DNA of 64,000 nt from Candidatus Eiseniibacteriota bacterium (GTDB taxonomy: Bacteria > Eisenbacteria > RBG-16-71-46 > DASYSL01), in assembly GCA_031431875.1 (NCBI GenBank), contig JANPEF010000045.1, positions 1-64,000 on the forward strand. The letters run 5' to 3'. Under the pieces are notes generated by a model. The model was not told where the DNA came from and searched no databases. It saw nothing but the letters and a program-made list of their open reading frames with translations. The position numbers and the translations under genes were made by a program. Positions 44,198 through 55,215 of this stretch are shown here, one piece after another (the stretch's first letter is position 1; the number at the start of each line of letters is the position of its first letter).

Positions 44198-45697
44198 ATG
44201 GCCAGCGAAGCGACCCCCACGACGAGCGCCGCACCCACCGTGAAGCCCGGCCGCCTGTGGATCGGCGGCGAGTACGTCGACGCGCTCGACGGCGCCACGT
44301 TCACCATCACGAACCCCGCCACCGGCGAGGCGCTCACCACCTGCGCGCAGGCCGGCGCCGCCGACGTGGACCGCGCCGTCGCCGCGGCCGCCGCGGCGTT
44401 CCGCTCGAAGGCGTGGGCGCAGATGAGTGCGCTCGATCGCCAGCGCATCGTGTGGAACATCGGAGAGCGCATGCTGGCGCGGCTCGACGAGTTCGCCGTG
44501 GCCGAGACGCTGTGCAACGGCAAGCCGATCTTCGAGTCGAAGTACATCGACGTGCCCGACGCCGCCAAGTGCTTCCAGTACTACGCCGGATGGGTGACGA
44601 AGATCGCCGGCCAGACGCTGCCGCTGTCGACCGGCCCGTTCCTCAATTACACGCGCCGCGAGCCGCTGGGCGTCGTCGGCGCGATCGTGGCGTGGAACTT
44701 CCCGATCCTGCTCGCCGCGTGGAAGGTCGCGCCCGCGCTGGCTGCGGGCAACACGGTCGTCTTGAAGCCCGCCGAGTTCACGCCGCTCACCGCGCTCCTG
44801 CTCGCCGAGTGCGCGAAGGAAGCCGGGCTGCCCGACGGCGTGCTCAACGTCATCCCGGGCAAGGGCTCGATCGCGGGCCAGGCACTGGTGACGCACAAGG
44901 ACGTGGCGAAGATCGCCTTCACCGGCTCGACCGAAGTGGGCCAGGGCATCGTCCGCGCCAGCGTCGACACGGTGAAGAAGGTGCAGATGGAGCTGGGCGG
45001 CAAGAGCGCCAACGTGATCTTCGCCGACGCCGACATCGACGCCGCCGTGCGCGGCGCCGCGGGCGGCATCTTCTACGGCAAGGGCGAGGTGTGTGCCGCC
45101 GGCTCGCGCCTGCTGGTCGAGCGCTCGGTCTACGACACCGTTGTCGCCAAGCTCAAGGAGCGCGCCGAGAAGACGCCCCCGGGCGACCCCATGAACCCCA
45201 AGACGCGGCTGGGTGCGCAGGTGCGCGAGTCGCACCTGCAGAGCATCCTGGGCTACGTCGAGAAGGGCAAGGCCGAGGGCGCCACGTTGGTCGCCGGCGG
45301 TTCGCGCGCGGCAATCGACGGCAAGGGCGCGTTCATGCAGGCGACGGTCTTCGCCGACGTCACCAACACGATGACCATCGCGCGCGAGGAGATCTTCGGG
45401 CCGGTGCTCGCCGTGATCCCGTTCGACGGCGAGGATGAGGCGATCGCGATCGCCAACGACTCGCCGTACGGTCTCGCCGCCGGCGTGTGGACGCGCGACA
45501 TCAAGCGCGGGCACCGCACCGCGCACCGCCTCGAAGCGGGTACGGTGTGGATCAACGCCTACAACCGCTACGACACGGCGACGCCGTTCGGCGGCTACAA
45601 GCAGAGCGGGTTCGGCCGCGACATGGGCCCCGAGGCGCTCGACGGCTACCTGCAGACGAAGTCGGTGTGGGTGGACTTGAGCGAGGACAAGGCTTGA
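44198..45697 (+). CDS. NAD-dependent aldehyde dehydrogenase
   Basis: [40 protein letters not shown]. Confidence 0.95.
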   Translation: MASEATPTTSAAPTVKPGRLWIGGEYVDALDGATFTITNPATGEALTTCAQAGAADVDRAVAAAAAAFRSKAWAQMSALDRQRIVWNIGERMLARLDEFAVAETLCNGKPIFESKYIDVPDAAKCFQYYAGWVTKIAGQTLPLSTGPFLNYTRREPLGVVGAIVAWNFPILLAAWKVAPALAAGNTVVLKPAEFTPLTALLLAECAKEAGLPDGVLNVIPGKGSIAGQALVTHKDVAKIAFTGSTEVGQGIVRASVDTVKKVQMELGGKSANVIFADADIDAAVRGAAGGIFYGKGEVCAAGSRLLVERSVYDTVVAKLKERAEKTPPGDPMNPKTRLGAQVRESHLQSILGYVEKGKAEGATLVAGGSRAAIDGKGAFMQATVFADVTNTMTIAREEIFGPVLAVIPFDGEDEAIAIANDSPYGLAAGVWTRDIKRGHRTAHRLEAGTVWINAYNRYDTATPFGGYKQSGFGRDMGPEALDGYLQTKSVWVDLSEDKA

Positions 45698-46887
45698 ACG
45701 GGCACGGCCGCGGCGTCGTCCTCGCCGGAGCCGTCCGCTCGCCGATCGGCAAGTTCGGTGGCGCGCTGGCGGGCGTGCATGTCGCGGACCTTGGCGCGCA
45801 CGTCGCGCGCGAGGCGATCCTGCGCGCCGGGCTGACGGCCGCGCAGGTCGACGAGACCATCGTCGGCCACGCGCGTCAGGCGGGCAACGGGCCGAACGTG
45901 GCGCGGCAGGTCGCGCACTTCGCAGGCGTGCCCGACGCGAAACCGGCGTACACGATCAACCAGGCGTGCGCATCGGGATTGCAGGCGATCGTCTCGGGCG
46001 CGCGAGCCGTGGCGCTGGGCGACTCGGATGTCGTGCTCGCCGCGGGCGTCGAGAACATGTCGGCGATCCCGTTCCTGCTGCCCGACGAGCGTTGGGGTCG
46101 CAAGTTGGGGGACATGCCGGTGGTCGACGCGATGTACCGCGACGGTTACCTGTGCCGGCTCTGCAACCAGGTCATGGGCGAGACGGCCGAGACGCTGGTC
46201 GAGCGCTACGGAATCTCGCGCGAGGCGCAGGATGCGTTCGCGCTCGAGTCGCACCGCCGCGCGTCGGCGGCGTGGGCCGAGGGGCGCTTCGCGGCCGAGA
46301 TCGTCGCGATGCCGTACAAGGACGCGAAGCGGAACCCGGCGCTGCTCGAGCGCGACGAGGCGCCGCGGGCCGATACGACGCTCGAGGCGCTGGCCAAGCT
46401 GCCGCCCGTGTTCAAGCAGGGCGGCTCGGTCGGGGCGGGCAACGCGTCGGCGATCACGGACGGCGCGGCCGCGGTGATGGTGCTGGCGGAGGAGAAGGCC
46501 GCAGCACTCGGCGTCAAGCCGATGGCGCGGCTCGTCGCGGCGGTCTCGGCCGGCGTGGATGCGGCGGAAATGGGACTCGGTCCGGTCCCGGCGGTGCGCA
46601 CGCTGCTCGAGCGCACCGGCCTGACGATGCAGGACATGGACCTGGTGGAACTCAACGAGGCGTTCGCCTCGCAGGTGATCGCCTGCGACCGCGAACTCGG
46701 GCTCGACCCGGCGCGCCTCAACGTGAACGGCGGCGCGATCGCGCTCGGGCATCCGACCGGATGCAGCGGCACCCGCATCGTGGTGACGTTGCTCCACGAG
46801 CTCGAGCGGCGGAAGGGCCGCTACGGTCTGGCCACGCTCTGCGTGAGCGGCGGACAGGGCATGGCCGTGCTGTTCGAACGGCTATAA
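45694..46887 (+). CDS. Acetyl-CoA C-acyltransferase (thiolase)
   Basis: [38 protein letters not shown]. Confidence 0.94.
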   Translation: MNGHGRGVVLAGAVRSPIGKFGGALAGVHVADLGAHVAREAILRAGLTAAQVDETIVGHARQAGNGPNVARQVAHFAGVPDAKPAYTINQACASGLQAIVSGARAVALGDSDVVLAAGVENMSAIPFLLPDERWGRKLGDMPVVDAMYRDGYLCRLCNQVMGETAETLVERYGISREAQDAFALESHRRASAAWAEGRFAAEIVAMPYKDAKRNPALLERDEAPRADTTLEALAKLPPVFKQGGSVGAGNASAITDGAAAVMVLAEEKAAALGVKPMARLVAAVSAGVDAAEMGLGPVPAVRTLLERTGLTMQDMDLVELNEAFASQVIACDRELGLDPARLNVNGGAIALGHPTGCSGTRIVVTLLHELERRKGRYGLATLCVSGGQGMAVLFERL

Positions 46888-46905
46888 CGAAAGGGGTCGA
46901 GAACG

Positions 46906-47721
46906 ATGTCTTCGACGACGAGCGAGACGCGCAAGACGCTGGTGGACTACCGGAAGGACGGAGGGGTCGCGATCCTGACCTTGAACGATCCGCCGGCCAA
47001 CACGTACACGCACGAGATGATGCGGGACCTCGACGAGTGCATCGTCAAGGCGCGCTTCGATTCCGAGGTGCACGTGATCGTGATCACGGGCGCGGGCGAG
47101 AAGTTCTTCTGCGCCGGCGCGAACATCAACATGCTCCAGACGGTGGATCCGTATTTCAAGTACTTCTTCTGCCTGCACGCCAACGAGACGCTGACGCGCC
47201 TCGAGCAGACACCCAAGCTGGTCATCGCCGCGCTCAACGGTCACTGCGTCGGCGGCGGCCTCGAGATCGCGATGGCGGCCGACATCCGCATCGCGCGTCG
47301 TGATGCGGGCAAGGTCGGTCTGCCCGAAGTGTCGCTCGGCGTTCTGCCGGGCACCGGCGGCACGCAGCGCCTGGTGCGCCTCGTCGGCAAGGCGAAGGCG
47401 ATGGAACTGATGATCACCGGCGAGACGTTCGGCTTCGACAAGGGCGCCGAGCTGGGCATCATCACCTCGATCTTCGACGGCGATGCCACGCAGTTCATGA
47501 CCAAGATCATGGAGTACGCGCGCACCTACTGCCCGCCGAACAAGGCCGCCAAGGCCGTGGGCAACATCAAGCGCGCCGTGCAGTCCGGCGCCGAGGTGCC
47601 GTTCAGCGAGGCGCTGGCCATCGAGCGTGAGCTGCAGCAGCTCCTGTTCCAGAGCGAGGATGCGAAGGAAGGTCTCACCGCCTACGTCGAGAAGCGCAAG
47701 GCGGCGTTCAAGGCGAAGTAA
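46906..47721 (+). CDS. Enoyl-CoA hydratase/isomerase
   Basis: FCAGA, GHCVGGGLE, GLPEV.LG.LPG.GGTQRL, EG..A..EKR. Confidence 0.93.
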   Translation: MSSTTSETRKTLVDYRKDGGVAILTLNDPPANTYTHEMMRDLDECIVKARFDSEVHVIVITGAGEKFFCAGANINMLQTVDPYFKYFFCLHANETLTRLEQTPKLVIAALNGHCVGGGLEIAMAADIRIARRDAGKVGLPEVSLGVLPGTGGTQRLVRLVGKAKAMELMITGETFGFDKGAELGIITSIFDGDATQFMTKIMEYARTYCPPNKAAKAVGNIKRAVQSGAEVPFSEALAIERELQQLLFQSEDAKEGLTAYVEKRKAAFKAK

Positions 47722-47734
47722 GCACTGCAAGTTC

Positions 47735-47766
47735 GGGCCCGCCCCCCATGCGGGGGCGGGCGCCTG
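47735..47766 (+). terminator. Terminator-like hairpin after the acyl-CoA operon
   Basis: GCCCGCCCCC-CATGC-GGGGGCGGGC inverted repeat. Confidence 0.55.
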
Positions 47767-47816
47767 TTCCCGGGTTCGGCCCTCTCCCGGAAACCACACC
47801 CCTGCCGGAGGGCCGC

Positions 47817-48350
47817 ATGCGATTCCGTCGCGCGATATTCATCTGTACGATCCCCGCCCTGCTGTCTCTCACCGGATTCATTCCCGCCTTCGCTGCCGAT
47901 GCCGCCACACCTGCCGTGCCAGGCACGCGTGTGCGCGTCTTCGCCACACCCCGTGCTCATCCGCTCACCGGAACATTGGATGGCGTGGACGCGACGTCGC
48001 TGCGCCTTGCGGGTGTTAAGGACCAGGGCCAGGTCGAGATCCTGCGCGCGTCGGTGACTCGCTTCGAGATGAGCCGCGGCAAGCAGGACTATCCCGTGCA
48101 GGGGCTCGTGTTCGGAATGATCGCCGGGGCGCTCGCCGGCACGGCGGTGGGACTCATCGCGGAGGATCTGCAAGGCTCCTCACAAGACTGCTTCGACTGC
48201 CTCCCCGGGGGCGGCGGCCTCTCCCCTGCGTACTACACGATCGGTTTCGGCGCCCTCGGAGGCGTGCTCGGACTGCTTGTCGGCGCCTCGATCGATCGTG
48301 ACAAGTGGGCGCGGACGGACATTCCGGGGCCGGTCGGGGACGCGCGCTGA
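47817..48350 (+). CDS. Hypothetical exported/membrane protein with a Gly-zipper-like region
   Basis: GGAGG RBS, signal peptide, GxxxG-rich helices. Confidence 0.68.
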   Translation: MRFRRAIFICTIPALLSLTGFIPAFAADAATPAVPGTRVRVFATPRAHPLTGTLDGVDATSLRLAGVKDQGQVEILRASVTRFEMSRGKQDYPVQGLVFGMIAGALAGTAVGLIAEDLQGSSQDCFDCLPGGGGLSPAYYTIGFGALGGVLGLLVGASIDRDKWARTDIPGPVGDAR

Positions 48351-48419
48351 TCGGCGTTCGCCGATTGCCGCCGTAGATGTACGCTCGTTGCCACCGGGCG
48401 TGGCCCAGGAGGCGCGTCG

Positions 48420-49313
48420 ATGAGCGTCCGCTCCATTCTTTGCATCCTCCCGTTCATGATGCTCTCCGCTGCCGGAGGCCTGTCGCCTTCGCGGGGCGCT
48501 GCTGTCTCCGCCGATACGACGGGGACGGTCGTAGGCCGGCTCATCCGCGTGTCGGACGGGAGCCCCGAACCATACGCCATCGTGATCGTGCTTGGCACGA
48601 GACGCGGAGCGCAGGCGGACGAAGACGGCCGGTTCGTCATCACGCTCGTTCCTCCCGGGCCTCACCCGCTGAAGATCGTTCGCGTCGGGCATCCGCAGAT
48701 GTTCCGCGACATCGTCGTCACCGTGGGCCGCAACGACATGGGGGACATCTCCCTCCCGTATCCGTTCACGATGGCCCCGATCGAGATCGGGTCCCGCGCT
48801 GTCGTCCAGGCGAAGGACCTCGAGACCACCCTGCGTGCGCTGCAGCGCTTCCGCGTGGGCGACAAGCCCTCCTTGGAGGCCCGAATCCGCAATCGCGGGA
48901 AGTCGCCCGTCGTTCTCGTGCGCAGCACCCAGGCGTCGGATCGGTGGGCGAGCCCGCGTGTGTGGATCGACATCACGGGTCCCGACAGCGGGTTCTTCGT
49001 GCCACCGCGCCAGCAGCCACTCTTGCGCGAAAACGACGGTGTGACACCGGGCCATTTCGAGCGCGTCGCGCCCGGCGCGGAGTTCGATCCGTGGGCCGCG
49101 GGCTCGCTCGACAGGAACCTGGTGGAGGGCCGATTCCTGAAGCCGGGTCGCTATCGTGCGACGTTCCACTACGACACGACGGAGACCAACGGCCGGAACT
49201 GGATGGGCGAGCCGTGCGGCATCTGCGAGATGCCGGCCTCCCTGCGCGAGATTCTCGAGGAAGTGCCGGCCGTGTCGCTGAGCGCGGCGGTGGAGTTCGA
49301 CGTAGTTCCCTGA
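48420..49313 (+). CDS. Secreted protein with a carboxypeptidase-regulatory-like N-terminal domain
   Basis: AGGAGG RBS; GTVVG, GAQADEDGRF, VPPG motifs. Confidence 0.7.
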   Translation: MSVRSILCILPFMMLSAAGGLSPSRGAAVSADTTGTVVGRLIRVSDGSPEPYAIVIVLGTRRGAQADEDGRFVITLVPPGPHPLKIVRVGHPQMFRDIVVTVGRNDMGDISLPYPFTMAPIEIGSRAVVQAKDLETTLRALQRFRVGDKPSLEARIRNRGKSPVVLVRSTQASDRWASPRVWIDITGPDSGFFVPPRQQPLLRENDGVTPGHFERVAPGAEFDPWAAGSLDRNLVEGRFLKPGRYRATFHYDTTETNGRNWMGEPCGICEMPASLREILEEVPAVSLSAAVEFDVVP

Positions 49314-49323
49314 GGGCTGCCCA

Positions 49324-49782
49324 ATGCGTGCACTCGCCGTTCTCCTCGTCCTGGGCCTCACCGGCTGTCGTACACCGGCGCAGGAACAGCATGCGCCCGC
49401 GGCGGATACCACGCTCGAGTCCGCGCACGGCGACAACGCCGCGAACGAGCAACTCCCCATGGGTCTCGCACTCAAGGACGACGGCCGCGCTGTCGAACTT
49501 GCTGCGCAGCAAGTCGTCCTCGTGTCGCTCAAGGCGAACCACACGACCGGCTACTCCTGGGTGCTGCGCGACAGCGTCGGACCCGCGCTCTTGCGCGAGG
49601 TCGATCCGACCTACGACGTCGACTCGAGTTCGACCGGAGGCGTCGGCGCGGGCGGATTCGAGACGTGGCGTTTCAGGGCGGCCGCTGCCGGAAGGGACAC
49701 GATCGTGCTCGAGTACCGCCGGCCGTGGGAGGCGGACAGGCCGGCGGAGACGACGGTGCGATATTTCGTGACGGTACGCTGA
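49324..49782 (+). CDS. Chagasin/I42 cysteine-protease inhibitor lipoprotein
   Basis: Lipobox LTGC; NHTTGYSW, VGAGG and YRRPWE loops. Confidence 0.88.
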   Translation: MRALAVLLVLGLTGCRTPAQEQHAPAADTTLESAHGDNAANEQLPMGLALKDDGRAVELAAQQVVLVSLKANHTTGYSWVLRDSVGPALLREVDPTYDVDSSSTGGVGAGGFETWRFRAAAAGRDTIVLEYRRPWEADRPAETTVRYFVTVR

Positions 49783-49844
49783 GAGTTTCCGGGCCTGCCG
49801 AAATCCTGTGGACGGTTCCGCCCGCTCGCCGCATCGTAGGAAGC

Positions 49845-50369
49845 ATGACAGCCATCACGACGGACCACTTCACCGGCAACCTGTCCCGCCTGCTGCGCGA
49901 GACGTTCGAGAGCCCGCCGACCACCGGCGGCGCGTATCTCGACCAGGGAACGGGACTGTTCAAGACCCTCTTCGGGATCTCGGCCGTACGCGCCTCGCGC
50001 GTGCCGGTCGTGGGCGGGCCGACGATCGCCGCGCACACGGGGCACCTGCTCTATTACATTCGCATCACCCACGCGTTCCTGGTCGGGCGCGAGCCCGGCG
50101 CGCTCGACTGGCCCGGCAGCTGGGGCGGACAGATCGTCGATGCCGACGAGTGGGTCACGCTCAAGAGCGAGATCCGCACGGCGTACGACGCGCTGCTCGC
50201 GACCATCGAAGCGCAGGAGAGCTGGTCCGACGACTCGATCGGCGACGCCATGGCGATCGTCGTGCACACCGCTTACCACCTGGGCGCCATCCGCCACGCG
50301 ATCCGCATGGAAGACCGCGCGATCGGCGCTGGCGTCTCGGGACGACCCCACACGGAGGAATCACGATGA
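49845..50369 (+). CDS. DinB-like protein
   Basis: TIAAHTGHL, HTAYHLGAIR. Confidence 0.72.
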   Translation: MTAITTDHFTGNLSRLLRETFESPPTTGGAYLDQGTGLFKTLFGISAVRASRVPVVGGPTIAAHTGHLLYYIRITHAFLVGREPGALDWPGSWGGQIVDADEWVTLKSEIRTAYDALLATIEAQESWSDDSIGDAMAIVVHTAYHLGAIRHAIRMEDRAIGAGVSGRPHTEESR

Positions 50370-50788
50370 TCCGCACCGCACAGGCCCGCTGGTCGGGTGA
50401 ACTGCAGACCGGCAATGGCAACGTGAAGCTCGGCAGCGGCGCCTACGAGGGCCCCTACTCGTTCGGCACCCGCTTCGAGGGTGTGCAGGGCACGAACCCC
50501 GAGGAGCTCCTGGGCGCGGCGCACGCGGCCTGCTTCTCGATGGCGCTCGGCTTCGCTTTGCAGAAGGCCGGCCACGTGGCCGAGTCGGTGGAGACGACGT
50601 CGAGCGTGCACCTGGAGAAGGGCGACGCCGGCTTCGCCATCACGAAGATCGAGCTCAAGACGCGCGTCAAGGCGCCCGGAGTGTCGGCCGCCGATTTCGC
50701 GAAGCTTGCGGAGGACACCAAGACGGGCTGCATCGTCTCGCGCGCGCTGTCGGCCGTGCCGATGGAGCTCGACGCCGCGCTGGTCTAG
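50366..50788 (+). CDS. osmC: OsmC peroxiredoxin
   Basis: YSFGTRFE, GTNPEELLGAAHAACFSMAL, C.VSRAL. Confidence 0.94.
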   Translation: MIRTAQARWSGELQTGNGNVKLGSGAYEGPYSFGTRFEGVQGTNPEELLGAAHAACFSMALGFALQKAGHVAESVETTSSVHLEKGDAGFAITKIELKTRVKAPGVSAADFAKLAEDTKTGCIVSRALSAVPMELDAALV

Positions 50789-51026
50789 GCGCGGCGCGCA
50801 CCCAAACAGCCCAGTTGACTCGCACCGGTGCGAGTCGATCGGGCAGTCCCAGATCCACGACCGACTCTCCGCGCGACCGGCCTCGCAAGTGGCTGGCCGC
50901 GCGCTGTTTCCCCCACACCTCCGGCTTTCGCCGGGAGCTCTCCTTGACGCCCCACCCCCATCCGGCCCATCATTGTCGGGCCTTGTTTCGGCGAGGTTGC
51001 GGGGGTCGGGTCCACAGGAGGTCGTC

Positions 51027-52736
51027 ATGCTGCGCGTCTTCGCCGGCGTGGGCCTGGGCGTGGCATTCCTCGCCCTGCCCGTCGCCACGTCCGCCTCATC
51101 CGCCACCGCATCCGCCGTGGCAAAGCCCGCACGCGATCGCGTGCCCGGCGAACTGGTCGTGCTGCTCGCTCCCGGACACGAACTCACGCCCGAGCCCGCC
51201 CGTCGCGCGCTGGCCGCGCACGGCCTCGTCGAGGCGCGTCGCTTCGCCGCGTATGGCCGCACGCGCGTGTTGCGCTCCGCTCCCGGCGCGTCGGACGCGC
51301 AGCTCGAGGCCGCTGCGCGGGCGCTGGTCTCCGCTGGCATCGCGCGCGCCGCGGCTCCGAACCTGGTGCTCGACCTTGCGCTCACGCCGAACGATCCGAT
51401 GCTCGCCACGCAGTGGTACCTGGGGACGACCTCGGCCGGTGTGCGCGCGCGCAACGCGTGGGACCTCGAGACGGGCAGCGCGGACGTGGTGATCGGCATC
51501 ATCGACACCGGCGTCGACCTGGGGCATCCGGACCTGATGAACAACATCTGGGAGAACGCCGACGAGATGCCCGGCAACGGGATCGACGACGACAACAACG
51601 GCTTCATCGACGACTTCCACGGCTGGGACTTCTCGACCAACGACGCCGATCCCAACCCGGTCTTCGCGGTCGACTCGCTGCTGGGGCTCGACACGGGATT
51701 TCACGGGACGTTCGCCGCCGGCATCGCCGCGGGCGAGGGTAACAACTTCATCGGCACGGCCGGCATCGCCTGGGGCTGCCGCATCATGCCGCTCAAGGTG
51801 TCGGACGTGAACACCGAGATCACGCTGGCCGCCGTCACGGGCGCGTTCGAGTACGCGATCGACAACGGCGCGTCCGTGCTCAACATGAGCTTCGCCGGCA
51901 CGAACCCGATTCTCCAGGCGTTCTTCCAGCCGCTGATCAATGACGCGGTCACGGCCGACATCGTGTGCGTCGCGGCCGCGGGCAACGCGGGCACCGACAT
52001 CACGACCTATCCCGCCGCCTGCGATAGCGTGCTCGCGGTGGCCGCGACGACGGTGGCGAACCAGCGCGCCAGCTACTCGAATTGGGGCTACTACGTCGAC
52101 ATCGCCGCGCCCGGCGACAACATGTGGTCGACGCTGGCGCGCAACTACACCCGGGACGCGTCCAACGACATCCTGTTCAACCTGCTCTACGCATGGAACG
52201 GGGTCGATCCTTACATGTCCGGGAGCGGGACGTCGTACGCCTGCCCGGTGGTCGTGGGCGCGGTCGCGCTGGTGCGCGGGCGCTTCCCGACGGTGACCGC
52301 GCCGTTCGTCATCAAGCACATGATCGAGACGGCGGACGTCGTGCCCACCTACGACAACGACATCGGCGGGCGGCTCAACGTGTATAACGCGCTCAACACC
52401 TACGTCGACGTCGCGGACGACGCGGCGCTCACGGCCGGCTCCTGGCTGGGACACGCGACGCCGAATCCGCTGCGGATCGGTGCGACGACCGCGGGCACGG
52501 GCGCGAGCTCGTTCGCTTACCGCCTCACGCGCGATGGCACGGTCGCGCTTGCGGTGTATGACCTGCGGGGACGTCGCGTGGCGGAGCTGGAGAGGGGCAC
52601 CCGCTCCGCGGGGATGCATCGCGCGCAATGGAATGGCCGCGACGCGGCGGGAGCGCCGGTCGCAGCCGGGTTGTATCTCGTTGCAGGGACTCTCGATGGA
52701 GCCCGGGTCGGTGCGCGGGTGACCGTTCTGCGCTGA
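51027..52736 (+). CDS. S8 peptidase with a C-terminal FlgD-Ig/T9SS-like domain
   Basis: IIDTG, HGTFAAG and SGTSYACP triad; C-terminus PNP..VYDLRGRRV..WNGRD..G.Y. Confidence 0.9.
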   Translation: MLRVFAGVGLGVAFLALPVATSASSATASAVAKPARDRVPGELVVLLAPGHELTPEPARRALAAHGLVEARRFAAYGRTRVLRSAPGASDAQLEAAARALVSAGIARAAAPNLVLDLALTPNDPMLATQWYLGTTSAGVRARNAWDLETGSADVVIGIIDTGVDLGHPDLMNNIWENADEMPGNGIDDDNNGFIDDFHGWDFSTNDADPNPVFAVDSLLGLDTGFHGTFAAGIAAGEGNNFIGTAGIAWGCRIMPLKVSDVNTEITLAAVTGAFEYAIDNGASVLNMSFAGTNPILQAFFQPLINDAVTADIVCVAAAGNAGTDITTYPAACDSVLAVAATTVANQRASYSNWGYYVDIAAPGDNMWSTLARNYTRDASNDILFNLLYAWNGVDPYMSGSGTSYACPVVVGAVALVRGRFPTVTAPFVIKHMIETADVVPTYDNDIGGRLNVYNALNTYVDVADDAALTAGSWLGHATPNPLRIGATTAGTGASSFAYRLTRDGTVALAVYDLRGRRVAELERGTRSAGMHRAQWNGRDAAGAPVAAGLYLVAGTLDGARVGARVTVLR

Positions 52737-52824
52737 TCCTGGCTTGTGGCGGCCGGGTCTGGCGCCTATGCTCTCTGGCGGTTGGAGAGATGGACCGGGC
52801 TCCCACCGCTCAGGGAGTACACAC

Positions 52825-55149
52825 ATGAATCATCCGCAGTTCCTCCTGCCACACGGCGCGGAGTTCCGCCGCGCTCCCGTTCTCCTCGCGCTGTCGGTGT
52901 TCGCCGCGGCGCTCGTCTTCCCGCCCGCCGGCCTCGCTGTCGAGGGCCTGACCGATCCCGCCGGTTACTGGGCGACGACCGCACCGCCATTCTCATTCGA
53001 CCATGCGACTGTCCTCGTCCCACGGCGCGATCTCCTCGTCGTGATCGTCGGCGTGGACGGATCGACGTCCCATGTCTGGGCGCTACCGCTCGCCCACGGC
53101 GACTCGTGGATCGAGCTCGATGGGAGCGGACCCCTGCTGGGCACCGGTCTCGTCGCCGCCTACGACGCCGCGCGCGATCGCATCCTCGTGCACGGCGGAC
53201 GCTCGTCCGACGGCAGCACGTGGGAGCTGCGCGTCGATCCCGTCGTCACATGGTCGCGTCTTCTGCCGGGTGGCGAAGGGCCTGGCGCGCGCTGGAATCA
53301 CAGCGCGAGTTTCGATGCGGAGCGCAATCGGCTGCTCGTCCATGGTGGGACGAACGGGGCCGTGGTGTTCTCCGACACGTGGGAACTCCGTCTGCAGGGA
53401 GGAAATCCGTCGTGGCGGCCGGTCCGCGCGGCGGGTCTCGCCCCGCCGCCGAGGGCGGGGCACGCCGCGGTGATCGACGCGGCGCGCTCCCGTTTGATCG
53501 TGCTCGGTGGCACGGCGGGCGGTCCGTTCCGCCTCCACGCGCTTTCGCTGCGGGGGCGCTCGAGCTGGAGCACGATCGACGCTCCCGATGGACCGCTCGA
53601 GCTCTCCGAGCACACGGCCGTTCTCGACGAGGCGAACGATCGCATCCTCGTCTACGGTGGCCAGGACATCGGCGTGAACTTCCACGCCTGGAGCTTTGAC
53701 CTGGGCGGCGGCGGCTGGACCCTGCTCGAGCCTCAGGGGCCCATCGCGCCCGGGCGGTTCGCGCACGTCGCGGCCTTCGACGCGCGGCGTGTGCGCATGG
53801 TCGTCACCGGGGGAGGCGGCCCGGTCGCTTCGGGGCAGGAGACCTGGGCGCTCGATGTCGCCGCGGCCCCGCGCTGGCGCCGGCTCGCCCCGGCCTTCGA
53901 ATCGCCGCCGTCCTCCTATGGCGATGTGCTCACGCTGCGCACGATGTTCGATCCGAATCGCAACCAGCTGATGGCGCTCGTCGGGCGACTGAACGTGCCG
54001 GTCGGCGAAACGTGGGCGCTGAGCTTCGCGCCCGATCCGCATTGGCGCCGCATGTTCGACGCACCCACGCGGGACGTCGACGGCTACTTCGACGCGACCC
54101 GCGATCGCGCCGTGATCTTCGGCGGCTTCGGGGGGGCCGGGACGTTGAACACGCTGTGGGAGCTCTCGCCCGGCGCCGCGCTCCCGCGGTGGAACGTCAT
54201 TCCGACCGGTGCGACGTCGCCGCCAGCCCCGCGGATGGACCACGTCGTTGCTCACGATCCGAACCGGGATCGCCTGCTCGTGTTCGGCGGCGCCGACCTG
54301 CCGATGGCGTGCGGCATCTCCGTCGACTCGTATGGTTTCGGATTCGGCGCGACCGCTCCGGGATGGGCGTCGATCGGGGCGATCCCGGCTCCCGAGGGCG
54401 GGTGGTTTCCGGTCGGCATCGTGGATCCCCTGCGCGATCGATTTCTCGTGCACGGAGGCCTCTTCGCGTGCCGCTTCCCCGGGGGGCATCCGAGCGGGCG
54501 CGCCGCCGACGGTACGTGGGCGCTCGATCTCGCCGCGCCGGTCGGGTGGCGGCGCCTGGCGACCCCCGATGAGGGGCCGGGCCAGCTCCTGGATGCGGTC
54601 TACGATCCGCCCGGACGACGCATGATCGGGCTCCAGTTCGGCCTCGGGCTCGCGAGTTTCGGGCTCGATGCCGGAAACGAACACTGGAGCATCTCGGATC
54701 CCCGCGGGATGGCGTTGTCGTCGGGCGTTCCGCATGCGATCGACTACGACGCGGCGCGCGATCGCTTCGTGATCCTCTCGGGCGAGGGGATCGTCTGGTT
54801 CTATCTGCCGACGAGAACGATCGGGGCGAATGCGGTGCGCACGATCGACGAGATGCCGGCGCTTCGTCTCGCGGCGACTGCGACTTGGGGCGAGCCCGCG
54901 CGGCTCGCGATCAGCTCGCGCGGATCAGCCCGCGGGACGATCGCCCTGACGGTGACGGTGCCGGAGGGGCCGTCCGCAAACCTGCAGGTCTTCGACGTGC
55001 GGGGCCGGATGATGAGCGCTCGCGATCTCGCCGCCGGGACCCGAGGAAACGTGGATCTCGAGACGAAGACCTGGGCGGCCGGGATCTATTTCGCCCGGCT
55101 GCGACAGGCGGAAGCGGTCCGAGTGGAGAAGGTTGTTCTGATCCGGTAG
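52825..55149 (+). CDS. Secreted Kelch-like beta-propeller protein with a C-terminal sorting-like domain
   Basis: Repeated D..RDR.LV.GG...TW.L units; C-terminus VFDVRGR..AGIYFARL..KVVLIR. Confidence 0.82.
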   Translation: MNHPQFLLPHGAEFRRAPVLLALSVFAAALVFPPAGLAVEGLTDPAGYWATTAPPFSFDHATVLVPRRDLLVVIVGVDGSTSHVWALPLAHGDSWIELDGSGPLLGTGLVAAYDAARDRILVHGGRSSDGSTWELRVDPVVTWSRLLPGGEGPGARWNHSASFDAERNRLLVHGGTNGAVVFSDTWELRLQGGNPSWRPVRAAGLAPPPRAGHAAVIDAARSRLIVLGGTAGGPFRLHALSLRGRSSWSTIDAPDGPLELSEHTAVLDEANDRILVYGGQDIGVNFHAWSFDLGGGGWTLLEPQGPIAPGRFAHVAAFDARRVRMVVTGGGGPVASGQETWALDVAAAPRWRRLAPAFESPPSSYGDVLTLRTMFDPNRNQLMALVGRLNVPVGETWALSFAPDPHWRRMFDAPTRDVDGYFDATRDRAVIFGGFGGAGTLNTLWELSPGAALPRWNVIPTGATSPPAPRMDHVVAHDPNRDRLLVFGGADLPMACGISVDSYGFGFGATAPGWASIGAIPAPEGGWFPVGIVDPLRDRFLVHGGLFACRFPGGHPSGRAADGTWALDLAAPVGWRRLATPDEGPGQLLDAVYDPPGRRMIGLQFGLGLASFGLDAGNEHWSISDPRGMALSSGVPHAIDYDAARDRFVILSGEGIVWFYLPTRTIGANAVRTIDEMPALRLAATATWGEPARLAISSRGSARGTIALTVTVPEGPSANLQVFDVRGRMMSARDLAAGTRGNVDLETKTWAAGIYFARLRQAEAVRVEKVVLIR

Positions 55150-55215
55150 CGCCGATCCGCGCGCGGCCGGCGGTAGCGTCGTCTCCGGACGACGACCGCC
55201 GGCCCGCGGGATCGG

